From assembly GCF_009914755.1 (NCBI RefSeq), contig NC_060929.1: a DNA stretch of 64,000 nucleotides; one strand, given 5' to 3'. Below the pieces are notes generated by a model, which worked only from the letters and a program-made list of their open reading frames with translations, was not told the origin of the DNA and did no database searches. Below, piece by piece: positions 42,431 to 59,612 of this stretch; the stretch's first letter is position 1, and the number at the start of each line of letters is the position of its first letter. The stretch is from the human T2T-CHM13v2.0 reference genome, Homo sapiens. Position numbers and translations under genes: made by a program.

Positions 42431-45400
42431 TATAAAAATATTTGATTCTTTGATGATTTATCTAAAATGATTTTTATAAAGAATGCAGATGTATCTCTTT
42501 CTCTCTCTCTTTCTCTCTCTATATATATACAGATATATACATATATCATATGTATTGTATATATTCCTAATTTTCTATATATGTTATCTCTCAGCTCTCC
42601 TTCTCTCTCTTTCTAGATAGATAATAGATAGATACACAGTATATAACTATTTATGTTTTATTTTCAGCAAGAGAGCAAGAGTCCCAAAACACTAGGTGCC
42701 AATCAGTTCCATATTTCCAAGTAAGGTGCCAGACTACCCAAGAAATAATTGCAAATGAGTTTTTAAATCATGGTTTATGAGATATGATTTTGTATTTCTT
42801 GACTCTCCCCTGCTTCAAAAGACATGAGGCTGAAAAAGAATACTGAGAGCCTATGCTAACCAAACCTCATTATTGAGAGGACAGAAGGAATATTTTTCCA
42901 ACATCTCAAGCCTAGCTATGAAAAAGCGCCTTCCAGTAGCACCTCTGGAAGGAGCTTGGTATGGGTCTCCTGAGGACTGGGGACACAGTGGACTGGTGTC
43001 ACATTCACAACGTGAAACAAGGAGAAGTCAGTGACAGCCTAATGAATGGGAGAGAAGCCTAAGTAGAGAAACACAGGACGCCCATTCTAGCCTCTTCGTA
43101 TAGCAGGCAACCTGTGTTAAGTAACAGTGGAGAGAAGATAGAACTTTAAAGCTGACAGCATGTTTTTTCTTATTGCACTGAATTGCACATGTAATTACTG
43201 AACTGAGATGTTTTCATGACTAGAAGATGGACCTAAGATCAACTAGTAAAGTGACAAGATTTGCCCGAGATTTTTTCCAAATGTAAGAAAGAAACAGTTC
43301 TTCAGAGCAGTTTTTAATAGGCAGTCAGTAAAAAGAATAAAGCTTGTTATTTCTTAAATAGTATCTCACATGTCCTTTTGAGGGTGTACATACATGTAAA
43401 TATTCTTATACAGGAATAGAATTCTGTAGAAAGATACACAAGAGAATAGTAACAGTAATTGCCTATGGAGAAGGAAAAGAAGGGATAAGATGGAAGAGGG
43501 ATCTTCACTGTCCATTCTTTGGACTCCAAATTGTTTACTTTGGGCATTTATTATTTAAGAAAAATTGATTAGGTCACTGGCATTCTGCAGCAGCTCTGAT
43601 GTTTCTTTATAAACATCAATTATAAATTATGTAATCATGTTGAAAAGTAGTGAGTTCTGATCAATAGAATACTAATAAAAGGAGCTAGTTGGAAAGTTTG
43701 AAGATCCTGAATTTGCATTTTCTTTGAAACCTGAAATGTTATCTACTTTTTAATCAAACTTATCTAGGGGATTGAAAATTGGGAAAAAAAAAAGTTATCA
43801 TGTCACAGATTTATTTTGTGGTTGAAATTTCCTGTCATGAATACAGCTAACATATAGATTTTGCCAAAACAAGAGTTTTACTTCCACTCACTTATGCTAT
43901 TACGTAACTACTACCAGTACCACCAACAGTGACAAATACAGACAGACAGATACTTTTCAGGTTTACAGGAGGATACTTTACAGATTATTTATCCTTGACT
44001 TACTCTTACTTAAACTAACAATTAACCTGAAAGTTCCATGCTGTGTTATAATCATGATACAAAATATCAGTCAGTAAGAAAAGTACCCCATGTTTTTCCT
44101 ACAAACTTTTGCAAAGCACTGGGGTACAAAAATTGCTCTGAAATTATATGAATTAATACATTTTGCAGTTTTTTTCTGTAAACATATTAAATTTAATTCA
44201 TGGGAAATTTTCTGCAACATTATACTATTGATATGCACTGGAAAAATTCATCCCAATTACTGTTTTTAATTTAATGAATTACTCTTGCCATGACTATATT
44301 TTGTCGTTATTTTGTTTAGGTTTATAGGACACTAATGCCTCAGGGTTGTTCGCCCACAGTGGAGGACTCTATCTTGATTATCAAAGTTAAAATGCTCTTA
44401 CTTCTTAGAGTCAAAATAATAGATAAAAATAATTTACTGATATGGCAGTCAACTTTCTCCATTTATCCACAGAATCTATGTCCTTTTGAGTTGACTTTAA
44501 TTTTCCTCTGGAATAATGTCCACCTCTGTTTATAAGAATTCCATGGTGATCTCCTGTGTTCCAGGGATTAGCAAACTAATAACCCTGCCTAATCATTGCT
44601 AATGTTGTCCTATTATCCCCATATCACCAAGATTTTTTTCAGCTTCCCTCATGTTGCTTACTTCTGTGAAGGAAAAATCATGGACTAGTGAAAATAATAT
44701 ACAAGAAATTCTGAAATATTTTCCTTTATAGCAAGTGCATATAAATGAATTTCATATTTTCCCAATTTTAATTATTACTGAATTGTGCATACAATCTTAA
44801 GATGTTGACTCATGATCTTTCAAGAGTTTTTGCATCCCTTCAAGATCCAAGGTTCTAGGTTACTGAAACCACTGGTATAAAAAACATGGGCTTCATGGTC
44901 TAAGATCATGGTTTCATGCTGGTCTGGCACTTAGGAGCTTGAGCTAATGTCTTAACCTCTTATGGCCTCATTTTCTCATCTACAAAATTAGGGTCATATG
45001 CCCTGATTTAAAGTATATTGCTGAGAGAATGAAAACCAGTGGCACGTATAAAGTATTGGTGTTCAGTAAATGTTATTTTGCATCATTTTACATATGCACC
45101 TCATTAAATCCCCATAGCAAACTTGTAAAGTGGGTACTATTAGTCTCCTAATTAAGAAAAGCGAAAGTGGCAGAGCCTGGCTGGATCTCAGTTGAGTTTA
45201 TTGAGCTTTCAAATTAGTACAGAGACTAGTTTAGGAAACACAAAGAGTATACTTCCGTGGATGGATATAAGCTGTTACATGTTGAACCTGTGGGAAAATA
45301 ACATTCATCTTCATTTTTTCCTCTCTAACTATAAATGTAAACTATATTAAACGTTCATAATCCTATCAGATTCTATGCCCTCTTTTACAACAGTAGTTTA

Positions 45401-45694
45401 TAGTTTGCAACACTCCCTCTAATATCCCAGAAATAAAATCTTCAGATAACAGACTGAAACCATAAATTCAAAAAGTATATCTTTATATGATACCCCACTG
45501 TAATACAAAGGATAAATTTTAAAATGTAATTATTAAAGTAATTTGTAGTTCAAGATAAAATGCTCAGGTTCCCCTATTTGTACTATTTGTAGAATCACTG
45601 TGATTGTGACAGCTACCGATGCAGACCTACTGAAGACTACTTAACCTGAAGCATATAATGGTTTCTCCCTATGTCCAAGAACTCTACCTCATTT

Positions 45695-46600
45695 GCTTTT
45701 ATTTTTTAATTAAAATTTTATTTTAAGATAATTATAGATTAACAAGCTTTTGCAAGAATAATACAGCTAAATCTCCTGCACCTTTCACCCAGTTTCCAGG
45801 AACATCTTGCAGAACTATAGTAAAGTAATACACCAGGATTGACATTGATACAGTTAAGATAGAGAACATTTCCATTACCACAAGAATCCCTTATGTTGCT
45901 CTTTTATAGGAATTTTCACTGCCTTCCCATCTCACTGACTCCTTAATCTCTACCAACTATTAATCTGTGTTCCATTTCGATAATTTTGTTACCTCAAGAG
46001 TGTTATATAAATGAAATCTTACCATATGTAACCTTTTGGTATTGGCTTTTTGTAAATCCAGTGTAATTCTCTAGAGATTTATCCAGATCTACCGTATTAA
46101 TTGTAACCACGCACCTGTTCAAGAACATCTGCTTGTTTGTTTCCGATGCTGGGCTATAATGAATAAGACTGTATCATGAAGAGGTTTTTGCTTGAAAATA
46201 AATTTTCATTTATCTGGGATAAATGCCCCAAGAGTGCAATTGCTGGTCAAAACTTACCAAGTTTTACGTTTATGGATCATGCTTTTGGTATCAACTCTAG
46301 GAACTCTTTGCCTAGTCCTATATCCTGCAGTTTTTTTCTCTTATTTTTTGGTAATAATTTTATGCTTACATTGAAATTTGTAATCATTTTAATTTTTCCA
46401 AAAGGTGTAAGAGATAGATTGAAGTTTATTTATTCATTTATTTATTGTCCAATGGATGTCCTATTGTCCCAACACAATTTGTCAAAAAGTCTATCTTTCT
46501 CCATTGATTACTGTAGCTATACATTAAGGCTTGAAATCAAGTAGACCTATCCTCCTATTTTATTCTTCTTTTTCAAAATTGTTTTAGCTAATCTTCATCT
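45695..46600 (-). mobile_element. Old L1M fragment
   Basis: Reverse-complement L1M 3'UTR/ORF2-end motifs; ends approximate. Confidence 0.7.
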
Positions 46601-48035
46601 GTTGATGTGTACAAGTTTTACGACTTTCCAGACAAAAAAAGTGGGGAGAGAGGGAAGACAATATTTACTTTGAAAGGTGATTGTGACTATGTGATTATGC
46701 AGGAGATTTAAATACATATGAAGTTCTTAATACAGTAGCTGGCATATAATGTAGACACTTAGCTTCCTTCCTATTATTTCCGAACCAACTATCAGAAACC
46801 CTTCAAAAACAAACCAAGCACAAAACTGCACCTTTCTTTCCCCAAAATATTTTGTTCTCAGTTTTACATAAATTTGTTATATATACAACTGGGTAAGATA
46901 TCTGCCTTACGTAGGAAATATATGTGAAAGAAACAAAGCTCAAAAAGAACCAGCTGCAACTCCCACTACATCTGTTGGTAGGAAATAGTTTCTGTTTCCT
47001 TCTCACCTCATCAATTTGATAGTGAAAAAGCTCTGGTAAAAACTACAGTTGATTGGGAAAGATTGGTCTTATTCAAACATCAACAGAACTGTCTGATGCC
47101 CAACTAAAATTGATCAAGACAGATACTCAATAACAAAAACTACTGTGGTTACAAATATTATCCCACTCATCAGAACCTGTTTCTGAAGATGGTAATTGTG
47201 ATTATTGGAAAAGTGTTCCATTCCACCTTAGCTGTACTGGCTTCCTTGTTAATCCTTTATCCCCTTCAGGTGTTATTCAAATGTCATCTTCTCAAGAAGG
47301 CCTTGTGTGATTAGTTTATTGAAATTATTCCACTCAACTCCTATGTCTAACACTATTCAGTCTCCTTTCCTGCTTCAATTTTCTTCTTGGCTCCTAGCAC
47401 CATCTAACTTGGAACATGTATATGTGACATATTTGGCTAGATTATTTCACCCATTAGCATGTAAACTCCACGAAGGCTTTTATTTTACTGCAGTATTTTC
47501 TGCACCTAGAACAGTATTGGTATATAGCAATCACTTAAATATTTGTTGAATGAGTGATGTAGAGAAGGTTCAAAAAGCCACTGGAGAATGTCATGGCTTG
47601 ACCGGTTTGAATTGTAATACTTTAAATCAAAGATCAATGGAAACATTAATAGGAAAGATCTTAACATCAATTTTCTTCCAGGAGAATTTAAACATAAACA
47701 CATACAAATAGATAAGCACATGCTTTAGAAACTCTCCCATTCCCTTCTCTAAACCTCAACCCACTCTCTCTACCACCCTTCCCTAAAAAAATGAGAGATT
47801 AAAGAAAAAGTAAACACACTGTGTCCATGGGCCTTTTTCTCTCATCCGACTGCTCAGATCCTAAATTTTAGAGTCTTTCTCGAATCATCTTTTTCTCATT
47901 GCTTCCCATTGTCTCCACTGCTATTATCCCTTTAAGCCACAATCAGTTCTTGCCTAAAATATGGCCAATTGTCTGCTAACTGGTTTCCCTCTTCCAAATT
48001 TGACCTGCGACAATCTTTATTTCCAAATCAGCTAC

Positions 48036-48395
48036 AATGCAATGGACTGGATTGTCTCCCTACTAAATTCATATGCTAAAACCCTAACCCCTAATGTGAG
48101 ATAGGGACTTTATAGAAGTAACTCAGATTTAATGAGGTCACAAGGGGAGGGCCCTGATCTGATAAGATCCTTATGAGAAGACACAGCAAAGATGTTGTTT
48201 TCTCTCCACCCTATGAGGACACAGGGAGAAAGTGGCTGTCTGCAAGCCAGGAAGAAAGCCCTCACCAGATTCTGACCATATTGGCATACTCATCTTGGAC
48301 TTCCAGCTTCCAGAACTATGAGAAAATAAATGTCTGTTGTTCAAGCCACCCAGTATGTAGCATTTTGTTATGGAAGCCCAAGCCAACTAACATGC
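48036..48395 (+). mobile_element. MLT1A/MST-type MaLR LTR within L2-like sequence
   Basis: aaattcatatgctaaaaccctaacccc...gacttccagcttccagaactatgagaaaataaatgtctgttgttcaagccacc. Confidence 0.75.
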
Positions 48396-50347
48396 TGAGA
48401 AATTCTTTTAAAAACCTAAGTCACACCATGACAATCTTCTGAGTAGAAGCCTCCAATGGCTCTCCAGTCTTAATCCTAGCAATTGCCTTCAGGAGCCTTT
48501 AGTTTCTGGCTCTTTTCCTTTGTAGCCGCATTTCCTACTACGTTCCCCACCCATCATTCCTTTCAACCACACTGGCCAATGACCTAATTCTTGAACCCAT
48601 CAGGCATGTTTCCATCTCAGGGCCCTGTACTAGCTGCACTTTCTAGAATACCATTCACTGATACTGGTATGGTTCACTCCTCACTTCCTTCAAACCTTTG
48701 CTAGAAGAATGTAATCCTTTCAATAAGCATTGCAAACAACACTCCTCACCTGCCCCCACCCCCACCAAATACATTGCACTGATGATCTTCACTTCTCCAG
48801 CTGTTTTTTTCCCCCGTGTGCTTATCCCCTTCTAACACATCATATAATTTACTACTATGATTATATTTTATTGTCTGTCTCCCTGTTAGAGTGCAAACTT
48901 TTGTTTGCTTTGTTCATTAAGTATCCTGAGCACTTAGAACACAGCCTAACATATAAAAGGCAATCAATAAAATTCATCAAGTAAAACTGACTGAGAGGCC
49001 AGCAGCCTGGATTCCAGTCCCAATACTGCCCCTACCATGCTATATAACTTTGGCTTTATGTCTGTTTCCTTGTGTGTAATATAAAAGCTTTGGATCATAT
49101 TAGATAGCCTACTTTCCATGGCTCTGACTCAGTCCTTTCTCATCCGTAGGCTGTTTTGTTCATTGCCAGTCTTACTCCACCTTTCCTCTGGCCCAGACTG
49201 CTCCACCCTTGATTAAGTATACTCTCTTTCCCACAGCCTCCTTCCTTGGTTCATAATGTTGATGATCAGTAAGTATTGAATAAATTGAAGTTATTTTGAT
49301 TCACTCACAAAAAACCATAAAGGCACTTTCTGACAGGATTATGTCTTTTGGTGTTAATTGGTCTCTAGCTCTAATTTCTAATCCTAAAATCTATGCTGTA
49401 ATACTATAAGAATTTAAAAAATATCAACCTAGGATTTCTATGATACATTCTCAAACAGCGTATTTATTACTTATTTACACAAAAAACTGTCACTTCAACT
49501 TAGATAAAATTGAGCACCTCACTTTTTAAATATTGAATATCGGTTTAAAGATCTCAAGTTTTTATATCCTCCTTTTGTTAACAATGTAGAAAGGATATTT
49601 TAGATTCCACTAGCAACTTCTCACAGAAGATATTATTAATGAAACTGAAGTATTGCATTTTATTTCTAAAGGTCAGTTTAATAGACTTGCAATTTCAAAG
49701 TTTAACCGTACCATCTGTTTTAACTTAAAAATATAGTTATAAATTCTTTTTAGCAACATTTGTGTTTTAATACCCTGAAGAATTATTACAATAAATCCAA
49801 ATTAATATTCTGGTCCCTAATTACAGAAGAGTGAATCAATAAATTAGATTACCCGAAATGAGACTTTGGTGACTTCTTAGCAGATATTTAGTGAGCACCC
49901 ATTATGCACAAGTATTGATTTGTTGCTGAAGATTAAAAATTAAATCAGTCCCTTTTTAAGAGGCTCACAGATTAGTAAGAACTCGTGTTTAATTTATAAT
50001 GGGTTTTAATACAAGGCAAAATTTAAACACACTTCTTTGATAGTTTTATTTCCCTTTTCTTTCTGTCTTCCCCAGTTAAATCCAAGTAAAAATACACCCC
50101 CCTTTCAAAATAAATATCATTAAACAAATTGTCTGTATTTAGCACAGATAAATATATGGAATTATTTTCCCAAAGATGAATAGTAGGTCACGAGTGATGC
50201 TTGCATAATTTTTAAATATAATCAAATATACTGAAAAACATGCTAGTACTGTATTTCCAAAAGTAAGTTTCTATTCCTAGAACTAAAACAGAAAAGAAGT
50301 GTTGTGAGATACATAAATGAAGCCAATAAATTTAACCAAGGGCTTAC

Positions 50348-50499
50348 CATTTTCCTGCAGGATGTTTATAAATAGTTCCTGGCAAAGGAGGTTGCCGTAT
50401 AGGGTCCTACAAGTAACCTAGGTGGCAGCATCTCCTCCCAGCGTCAGGTCTAAGCACACAAGTTCTTCCTTCCATCTACAAACGCAGGAAACCACGACT

Positions 50500-50500
<1 letters not shown>
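50348..50500 (-). ncRNA. MRPS30-DT: Candidate first exon of the divergent lncRNA MRPS30-DT
   Basis: Strong minus-strand donor ATG|GTAAGC at 50347 just upstream of the CpG island; a divergent transcript is known for this gene; 5' end approximate. Confidence 0.55.
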
Positions 50501-51469
<969 letters not shown>

Positions 51470-52647
51470 TAACACCTACCAGCTCTTCAACTCTGAAAGC
51501 CTGAGCTCTCCAGGATTCCAGTCCTGGATTCTACTTTGTGAGTGTTCAGCCAAATGGAAGAGCAGTGGTGATGAAGAGAAACGCCACTTAAGAGAGTGGG
51601 GCGGGCCAGGTTTCCTGTTGGCTGTTCCACCACAAAGCTGTGTGACCATGTGTCACATGGCTGAGTAGTAACTTCTTTTTACCTTAATTTTAAATTTAGT
51701 ATGTCTTTTCTTTTTCTTTAGTAACTTTTTTGCTTAATTTTTCGCGTTTTACGGTAGTAGTTCTTTGTTGTAGAATTGTGAAGATTAAATGAAGTATTAA
51801 CTAAGATACCTAACGTTTACTCAGTATTTATGTGCTAGGCCCTGGTTCTAAATTTTATATGTGCCAACTTATTAATGCTCACAATAACCGTTCACGATAG
51901 GTAGCAATGTTTTGGTAAATGAAAAAAAGACAAAAACGTAACAAACTGAGGCATAGAAACGTTAAATGTGTCTGCCTGACACCCTATAGCTAAGAGATTA
52001 GGGGGTCAAACTTCAAACTCCCATTCCAAGTTCCTAGTAAAAAATCAGCAGCTTCCGTGTAACTGTTCAGGGCGGACATGAAAAGTAATTAACGTATAAA
52101 TAATTTTAAAAATTATTGTTTTTGACGCATTCATTATTTTATATCTTCTACCAAGTGTATGTCTTAATATTTATTGAAGTAATGTTAGGACTGTAGATGT
52201 GTGCTCAACCTAGCCTTGTTGTGTGCATGTTTTTTCCCTTCCCCAGTTGAGAAAGAAGTGGTCTTGAGGAAAGCGTCATGGACTTAGACTACTCCTGATG
52301 GATGGCCTAGAAAACCTGTTTAACTTTGTCAAGACCCAGGTTCTTCTCCTATAAAATAGAGATAATGAAAAGTATACATACCTTTGGGAGTTATTGTGAA
52401 AATTGAATTGGATGTTCATAAAATAGCCCTATTTTTATTTATGGTGAATGATATTCTTGTTAATCTTATTTTCTTTTATTACTCCTAATGAGGAATCTCT
52501 TTGGTTACTGTTCATTGTAATGATGGCACAAGTAGACAATAAATGTTTGAATGTTATATTTAAGTCATAATAGTTAAATTACCACATAACCCAGACTCTT
52601 ACCTCAATCATTCCTAAGTTATCATTTGCTAAGTTAGTACTCTTTAG

Positions 52648-52926
<279 letters not shown>

Positions 52927-53290
52927 TAATAGTCTTAGTAGAATAAAATGTTTCAGGTGGATCTCTTGCCTTTCAAGTTTCCTTTTTGAAGACATCACCT
53001 CTCAAAAATCTTTTTAGCTTTTTAAATCTGCTTTGGTATACTCCATAAAGGTCAGATAACCATTTTAACAATAACGGGTTAAAGTGTCATTTTGCCTGAC
53101 CATACAGATCTATATGTTTCTCTTAATATAAAAATTCTGAAATAGTTTACGATTGTAATTTGTGATTGTAATTTACTAGACTAGTCATAAATCAAGGAAG
53201 TTTAACAGTTATCAACTGGGCCATTTTACATATTTGCAGTTCTTTTGGAGAAAAACAAGGATATTTTGAGTATTGTCTATGCTTTCATGT

Positions 53291-53490
53291 CAGGGGTTGA
53301 CACACTTTTTCTGTAAAGATCTGGATAGTTAATATTTTGGGCTGTACAGGCCGTAAGTCTCTGTTGCAAGTGTTCAGCTCTGCTCTTAACAGTGCAAAGC
53401 GCCATACACAATTTATAAATGAATATGTGTCGGCTGTGTTCCAGTAAAACTTTACTTGTAAAAACAGGTGGCTTGCTCGATTTGGCCCAT
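53291..53490. mobile_element. MER58A-like DNA transposon (MRPS30 intron 2)
   Basis: caggggttgacacactttttctgtaaag...ctgtgttccagtaaaactttac. Confidence 0.7.
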
Positions 53491-53524
53491 CATTCGATGA
53501 TAGTATTATCAAATCATTTTGTGA

Positions 53525-53740
<216 letters not shown>

Positions 53741-54720
53741 TGACATATTGTACCATAAATGTGTTCCAAGTGTCGTATGCAAATTTGGAGTATTGACTAC
53801 AATGAGGAATTAATTCTCGAAGACCGAGAGGTTTACATAGTCTATGAGCAATATAATTCGTAATCTCAGGTTATTACAACATGCATAAACACTGGAAAGA
53901 AAATATTAAGTTCATTATTTGAAATTTTACTTGTTTCTACCAAAATAGAAGTATTTAACTTTAGAAAATAGGCTTTGTTGACTTATTAGATAGAAAAATT
54001 AGTGTTTTTTTAAAAGTAAAAACTTTTAGAACTGGACTTGAGATAGCAATTGGCTTTTTTAAGTGTCCTATTTGTGCCATGCATGGTGGTAAGATAAGGA
54101 ATTCACAAATTCATAATGTCTGATGTCTGCCCTCCCTCATGCAGCTTATTTTTTTGCAATTTTTTCTTCCTTTGTTAATTCCTACCCAATGTGAAGAAGT
54201 CTTAAGAAGGTTTTATACCAGCCCTCCAGACCTATTTTATCAGCCTTTTCTCAGTCACTGTGGTCTTAGGGAGTGACCTGCAAGGAACTTTTTGTTGAAA
54301 AGACTACCACTAGAATCAAGAATGTCAGCATTTCATGAAATGTTGCTACTTATTTTTTTTTTTTTTACTTAGAAAAGTAGTGTAAAAATGATTTTTAAAA
54401 ATTAGGAGCAAAGTGTGTAATTATTTCATTAAATAAGTTATTAAAGTCTTGAAGTGGCTGTATCCTCTTAGTTAATATGACAAGGAGACAACCATAGCTA
54501 ATCATGACTAAGGGATTTGAGAAAACAGATCATAGAAATTTTAAATAACTTGTCTATATATTCTTTCAACTTCTTCCATGTTATGATGGGCTTTATGATA
54601 GCTAGCAGATTGAGAAATTATGCTTTCCTGTGAAATTTAATTTTATTATGATCCATAAGATATATAAGTAAACTAATATTCCTACTTATGTATTTAGAGT
54701 ACTGAGAATATGATGTATAA

Positions 54721-54996
<276 letters not shown>

Positions 54997-56605
54997 TAAT
55001 TTTATAGCATTTTCTTTGAAGGTATTTGTAACATTCTAAGAATATAATGGTTAAAATTTTTTCTTTGGGTTAAAACATAGGTTGAATCTTAACATTTTTA
55101 AACTTTTGCATTGGCACAAAGTACAGTTGTTTTAAAATCCTCGTTTAAATACTATACATTTGAAATCTGACACTGAGGTAGTTGTTTTTGTCTTTTACTT
55201 TGACCATCTTCTGTGTGAATGTACTTTTGCACACATTCCAAAGACTGTAGCCAACTAAGTCAACCCTTTCTAGATAATAGCTTTCTGCAGGTAGAAAAGG
55301 TAATGATTTTGTGGATTAAATATTTATATTACATCAATGGCTATCCTATATAATTTCTTTAAAGGTTATATCCAGGATTTGGATTAGGGGATTGTTCATT
55401 CATTCAGTAAACAGTAACTGCTTTTTTATATGCTATACTCTGTTCAAGATGCAGTGTTGAGTGAAACAGATCCTGCTTTCTTAGAGCTTATATTATAGTG
55501 GGGGTGTGGGGTGGTAAAAGATAATAAGCATGTAATGTTTATAACTAGTGGTAATACTATGGGGAAAATACTTTAGCCTAAAGAGTAGAATGATTTATAG
55601 GGGGGCAGGTATAAATGAGGTATGGAGAAGAATCTATTTTTAAAAAGTCATTCAGGAGAGGTCCCTAAAAATGACTTACTCTAAGACCTGAATGGCGAGG
55701 AGCTGCCTATGCACAAATCTGGGTAAAGACACTTCCAGGCAAAAGGATCAGCAAGTAAAAGTCCCTGAGGTGGGAACAGGCCTGAAATATTTAGGAACAA
55801 CATGAAGGGTAATGAAGAGTGGGACAAGGAGAATGATGTAGAAGGAGACAGTGGAAGCCAGAGGCTATATCTTCCAGGACTATTAGAGCTCATTGTGGGG
55901 CATTTGGATTTTATTCTAAAACCTGAAGTAATGTAATATGAAGTAGATTAACACTATGTGAATATCCAAGAGGAATTTTACTACATATTTGATTACTAGG
56001 CTCATCTTTTTTTAACATATATATGTATTTTAACCTTATACTCAAAATTGACTTAGATTTATATAATAGAATTGAATAGAGGAAGTGGGAGTAGGAGTAG
56101 ATGGAATTAGACAAAGTAAGAAGTAACTTTCTTGAAGATGGTAGAATGGCACTGTTTACTTTTGAAAGATAAAGTACTTCTTTTTACAATAAAATAAATT
56201 ACATATGTCAACAGTATTACTCATTTGCTATCTCCATTAAAGATGACATAAAATACGTGTGGAGAAATAAAGTTACTACTTGGCCTTGGTAATTGGGTAA
56301 TGACATAGTACCAGATGTAGAAAGCATCTGTGTAGATAAAGCTTGCTGCTCTTAGATGAAGTAAATAAGACTGATGTTGTTGAAAAAGATTAATCATGAG
56401 ATTGAGGATACTAGAAGGGAGGAAAATATTATTTGTGCAGAAATAAAATATAGGGTTAGAATAGAGATGATAAGGAAACTTTGAGGTCTTCAGGGATTTT
56501 GTTACATAAAGTATCTAAGTTGTAGGAGGTATTTGATACCCTCTAATGTCTAATGTGATTGTTTTGTTTGGGTAAGATATATTCTATGTGTAAATTTCAG
56601 CATAA

Positions 56606-56908
<303 letters not shown>

Positions 56909-56990
56909 AAAAGCATATTTGATTGAGAACTGTGGGAATATTTAAATTTTACTGAAGGAACAATAATGATGAGATTTGTAACTGTCAACT

Positions 56991-57540
<550 letters not shown>

Positions 57541-57909
57541 AGAACCCACTACAGCAGGGTAGAACTAATCCATTCAGTAATGGACTAATGTTAGGAAGTA
57601 ATGCTAATACAGAACATTAGTTGTTCAAAGGAGAAAAATAAGGCTTTGATAGAATTCTCAATCTTGGTTTTAAAAGAAAAGAAAAGATAGATATTAATAG
57701 GACAGTATAATGGTGAAACGTAAGGGATAACCCCATTGAAATCAAAGTAAGCTTTGAACTTCATATGCTTTATTTGCTAATCCATTCCAAGTGCCTAGAT
57801 TCATAGAAGTAAGAAATCAATAAATGTTTGTTGAATGGATGTGAATTAATGAATTTAAGGTAGTCAACCTTTTTAGTTTGAGATCTAGTATATCTTCTCA
57901 TTTATTTAC

Positions 57910-58212
57910 TTTTTTTTTTTTTTTTTTGAAACAGTTTTTGCTCTTGTTGCCCAGGCTAGAGTGCAATGGCACAGTCTCAGCTCACTATGACCTCCACCTC
58001 CTGGGTTCAAGCGATTCTCCTGCCTCAGCCTCCTAAGTAGCTGAGATTAATTACAGGCATGCACCACCATGCCCGGCTAATTTTTTGTATTTAATAGAGA
58101 CGGGGTTTTGCCATGTTGGTTAGGCTGGTCTCGAACTCCTGACCTCAGGTGATCCACCCACCTCGGCCTCCCAAAGTGCTGGGATTACAGGTGTGAGCCA
58201 CTGCACCTGGCC
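57910..58212 (-). mobile_element. Alu (AluSp/Sq-like)
   Basis: Poly-T plus reverse-complement Alu; tatttac on both flanks. Confidence 0.96.
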
Positions 58213-59257
58213 TATTTACATCTTATTTCTTAGCAACGTTTAGAGTTTCTTTTATCTCCATGCATTTCCTGTGTATGCCTACATTTTTGTGTAATTGGAA
58301 ATGGACTTTTTCTTTCCAATTATATACTTCTTTATAGTTTTTAAAAGTGGCTTTATATAGGTGATACTGATAGCTATATATTTATCTTGTAAAAGACCAA
58401 TTTAAGTTGTTCATTAGAGCCAATAATTTGTCAGCTGATTCTCATGAGGTGTATATAACCAATCTGATTTGCGTTCTTCTGAAACTGCTTATCAAATAGA
58501 TGGCCATTAGCCCCTAAATGGCAAAATCCACTGGACAGTTTTCTGTATTGTACTCAGTAAGGTCTGACATATTTTGCATGTTTGACCGCTCCTTCATTTT
58601 TAAAATAGTTTTTTTATTGCCTTCAGTGAAACATGCTCTTGGTTTTCCTCCTATCTCATTTGCTGTTCTGTCATATTTCTGTTTGCTGTTCTTCCTCTCA
58701 CTTTTCTTCAAATATTGGTGTACTTTTTTTTCTTTTCTAGACTCCATTTTTGTTTAACCACACTCTCCCTAGATGATTTTATCAAATTCCATGGATTTAA
58801 ATATATTTGTAAGCACATTCAAAATTAGTTTGATTTCAACCTTGTGTTTTGTATCTGAATGATAAGCATCAGCATTATAACTAAACAGACTGTGTGGTTA
58901 AGATTATGGACAGTTTTTCCCTCTAGTTATCTAATTTTCATAATTACCCCCAGAACGTGAGAACATTATTTTTATGATCAGAAAGTATTTTAAGAAACTA
59001 GTTGAGTGGACTCTAATATGGAACCATCAACATGTATCAAATTCCACTTAATTATAAGCAAATTCATTATGAAATTATATTTAAAAAGGCATTTCATGAT
59101 TACATTTGTTATTTAAGAAAATGTTATTTAAAGAAATTTACATAAGTTTCATTATACATGTATTTTAGCTTACTCATTCTGGAAATGGAAAACTTAGATA
59201 CTAGGCAAGAAGGCTTTAGATTTTTTTTATGAGATATTTTAATAGACCAGTACTTAG

Positions 59258-59612
59258 GTCTTAATATTTGTGTTTTTCAAAAATTTATGTTAAAATCCTA
59301 ACCCCCATGACTATAGTATTAGGAGATAGGGCCTTTTGGAAGGTGACTGGAGAGGGGCAGCACCTTCAGGAATAGAATTAGTGCCCTTATAAAATAGACC
59401 CAAGGGAACTTTTTCATCCCTTACACCCTGTGAGAACATGATGAGAAGGCACCATGTATGAGCCAGAGAATAGATCCTCACCACACACTGAATCTGCTGG
59501 TGCCTTGATCTTGGACTTTCTAGCCTCCAGAACTGTGAGAAACAAATTTCTGCTGTTTATAAGCTGTCCAGTTAATGGAATTTTGTTATTGTAGCCCAAA
59601 TATACTAAGACA
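59258..59612 (+). mobile_element. MLT1A-type MaLR LTR
   Basis: gaatctgctggtgccttgatcttggactttctagcctccagaactgtgagaaac...tatactaagaca. Confidence 0.75.

Noticed and set aside
44991-45004. GGTCA-ta-TGCCC as an estrogen response element
   Set aside because: Spacer is 2 nt rather than 3 and it lies in MIR-like sequence; I saw no perfect ERE by eye.
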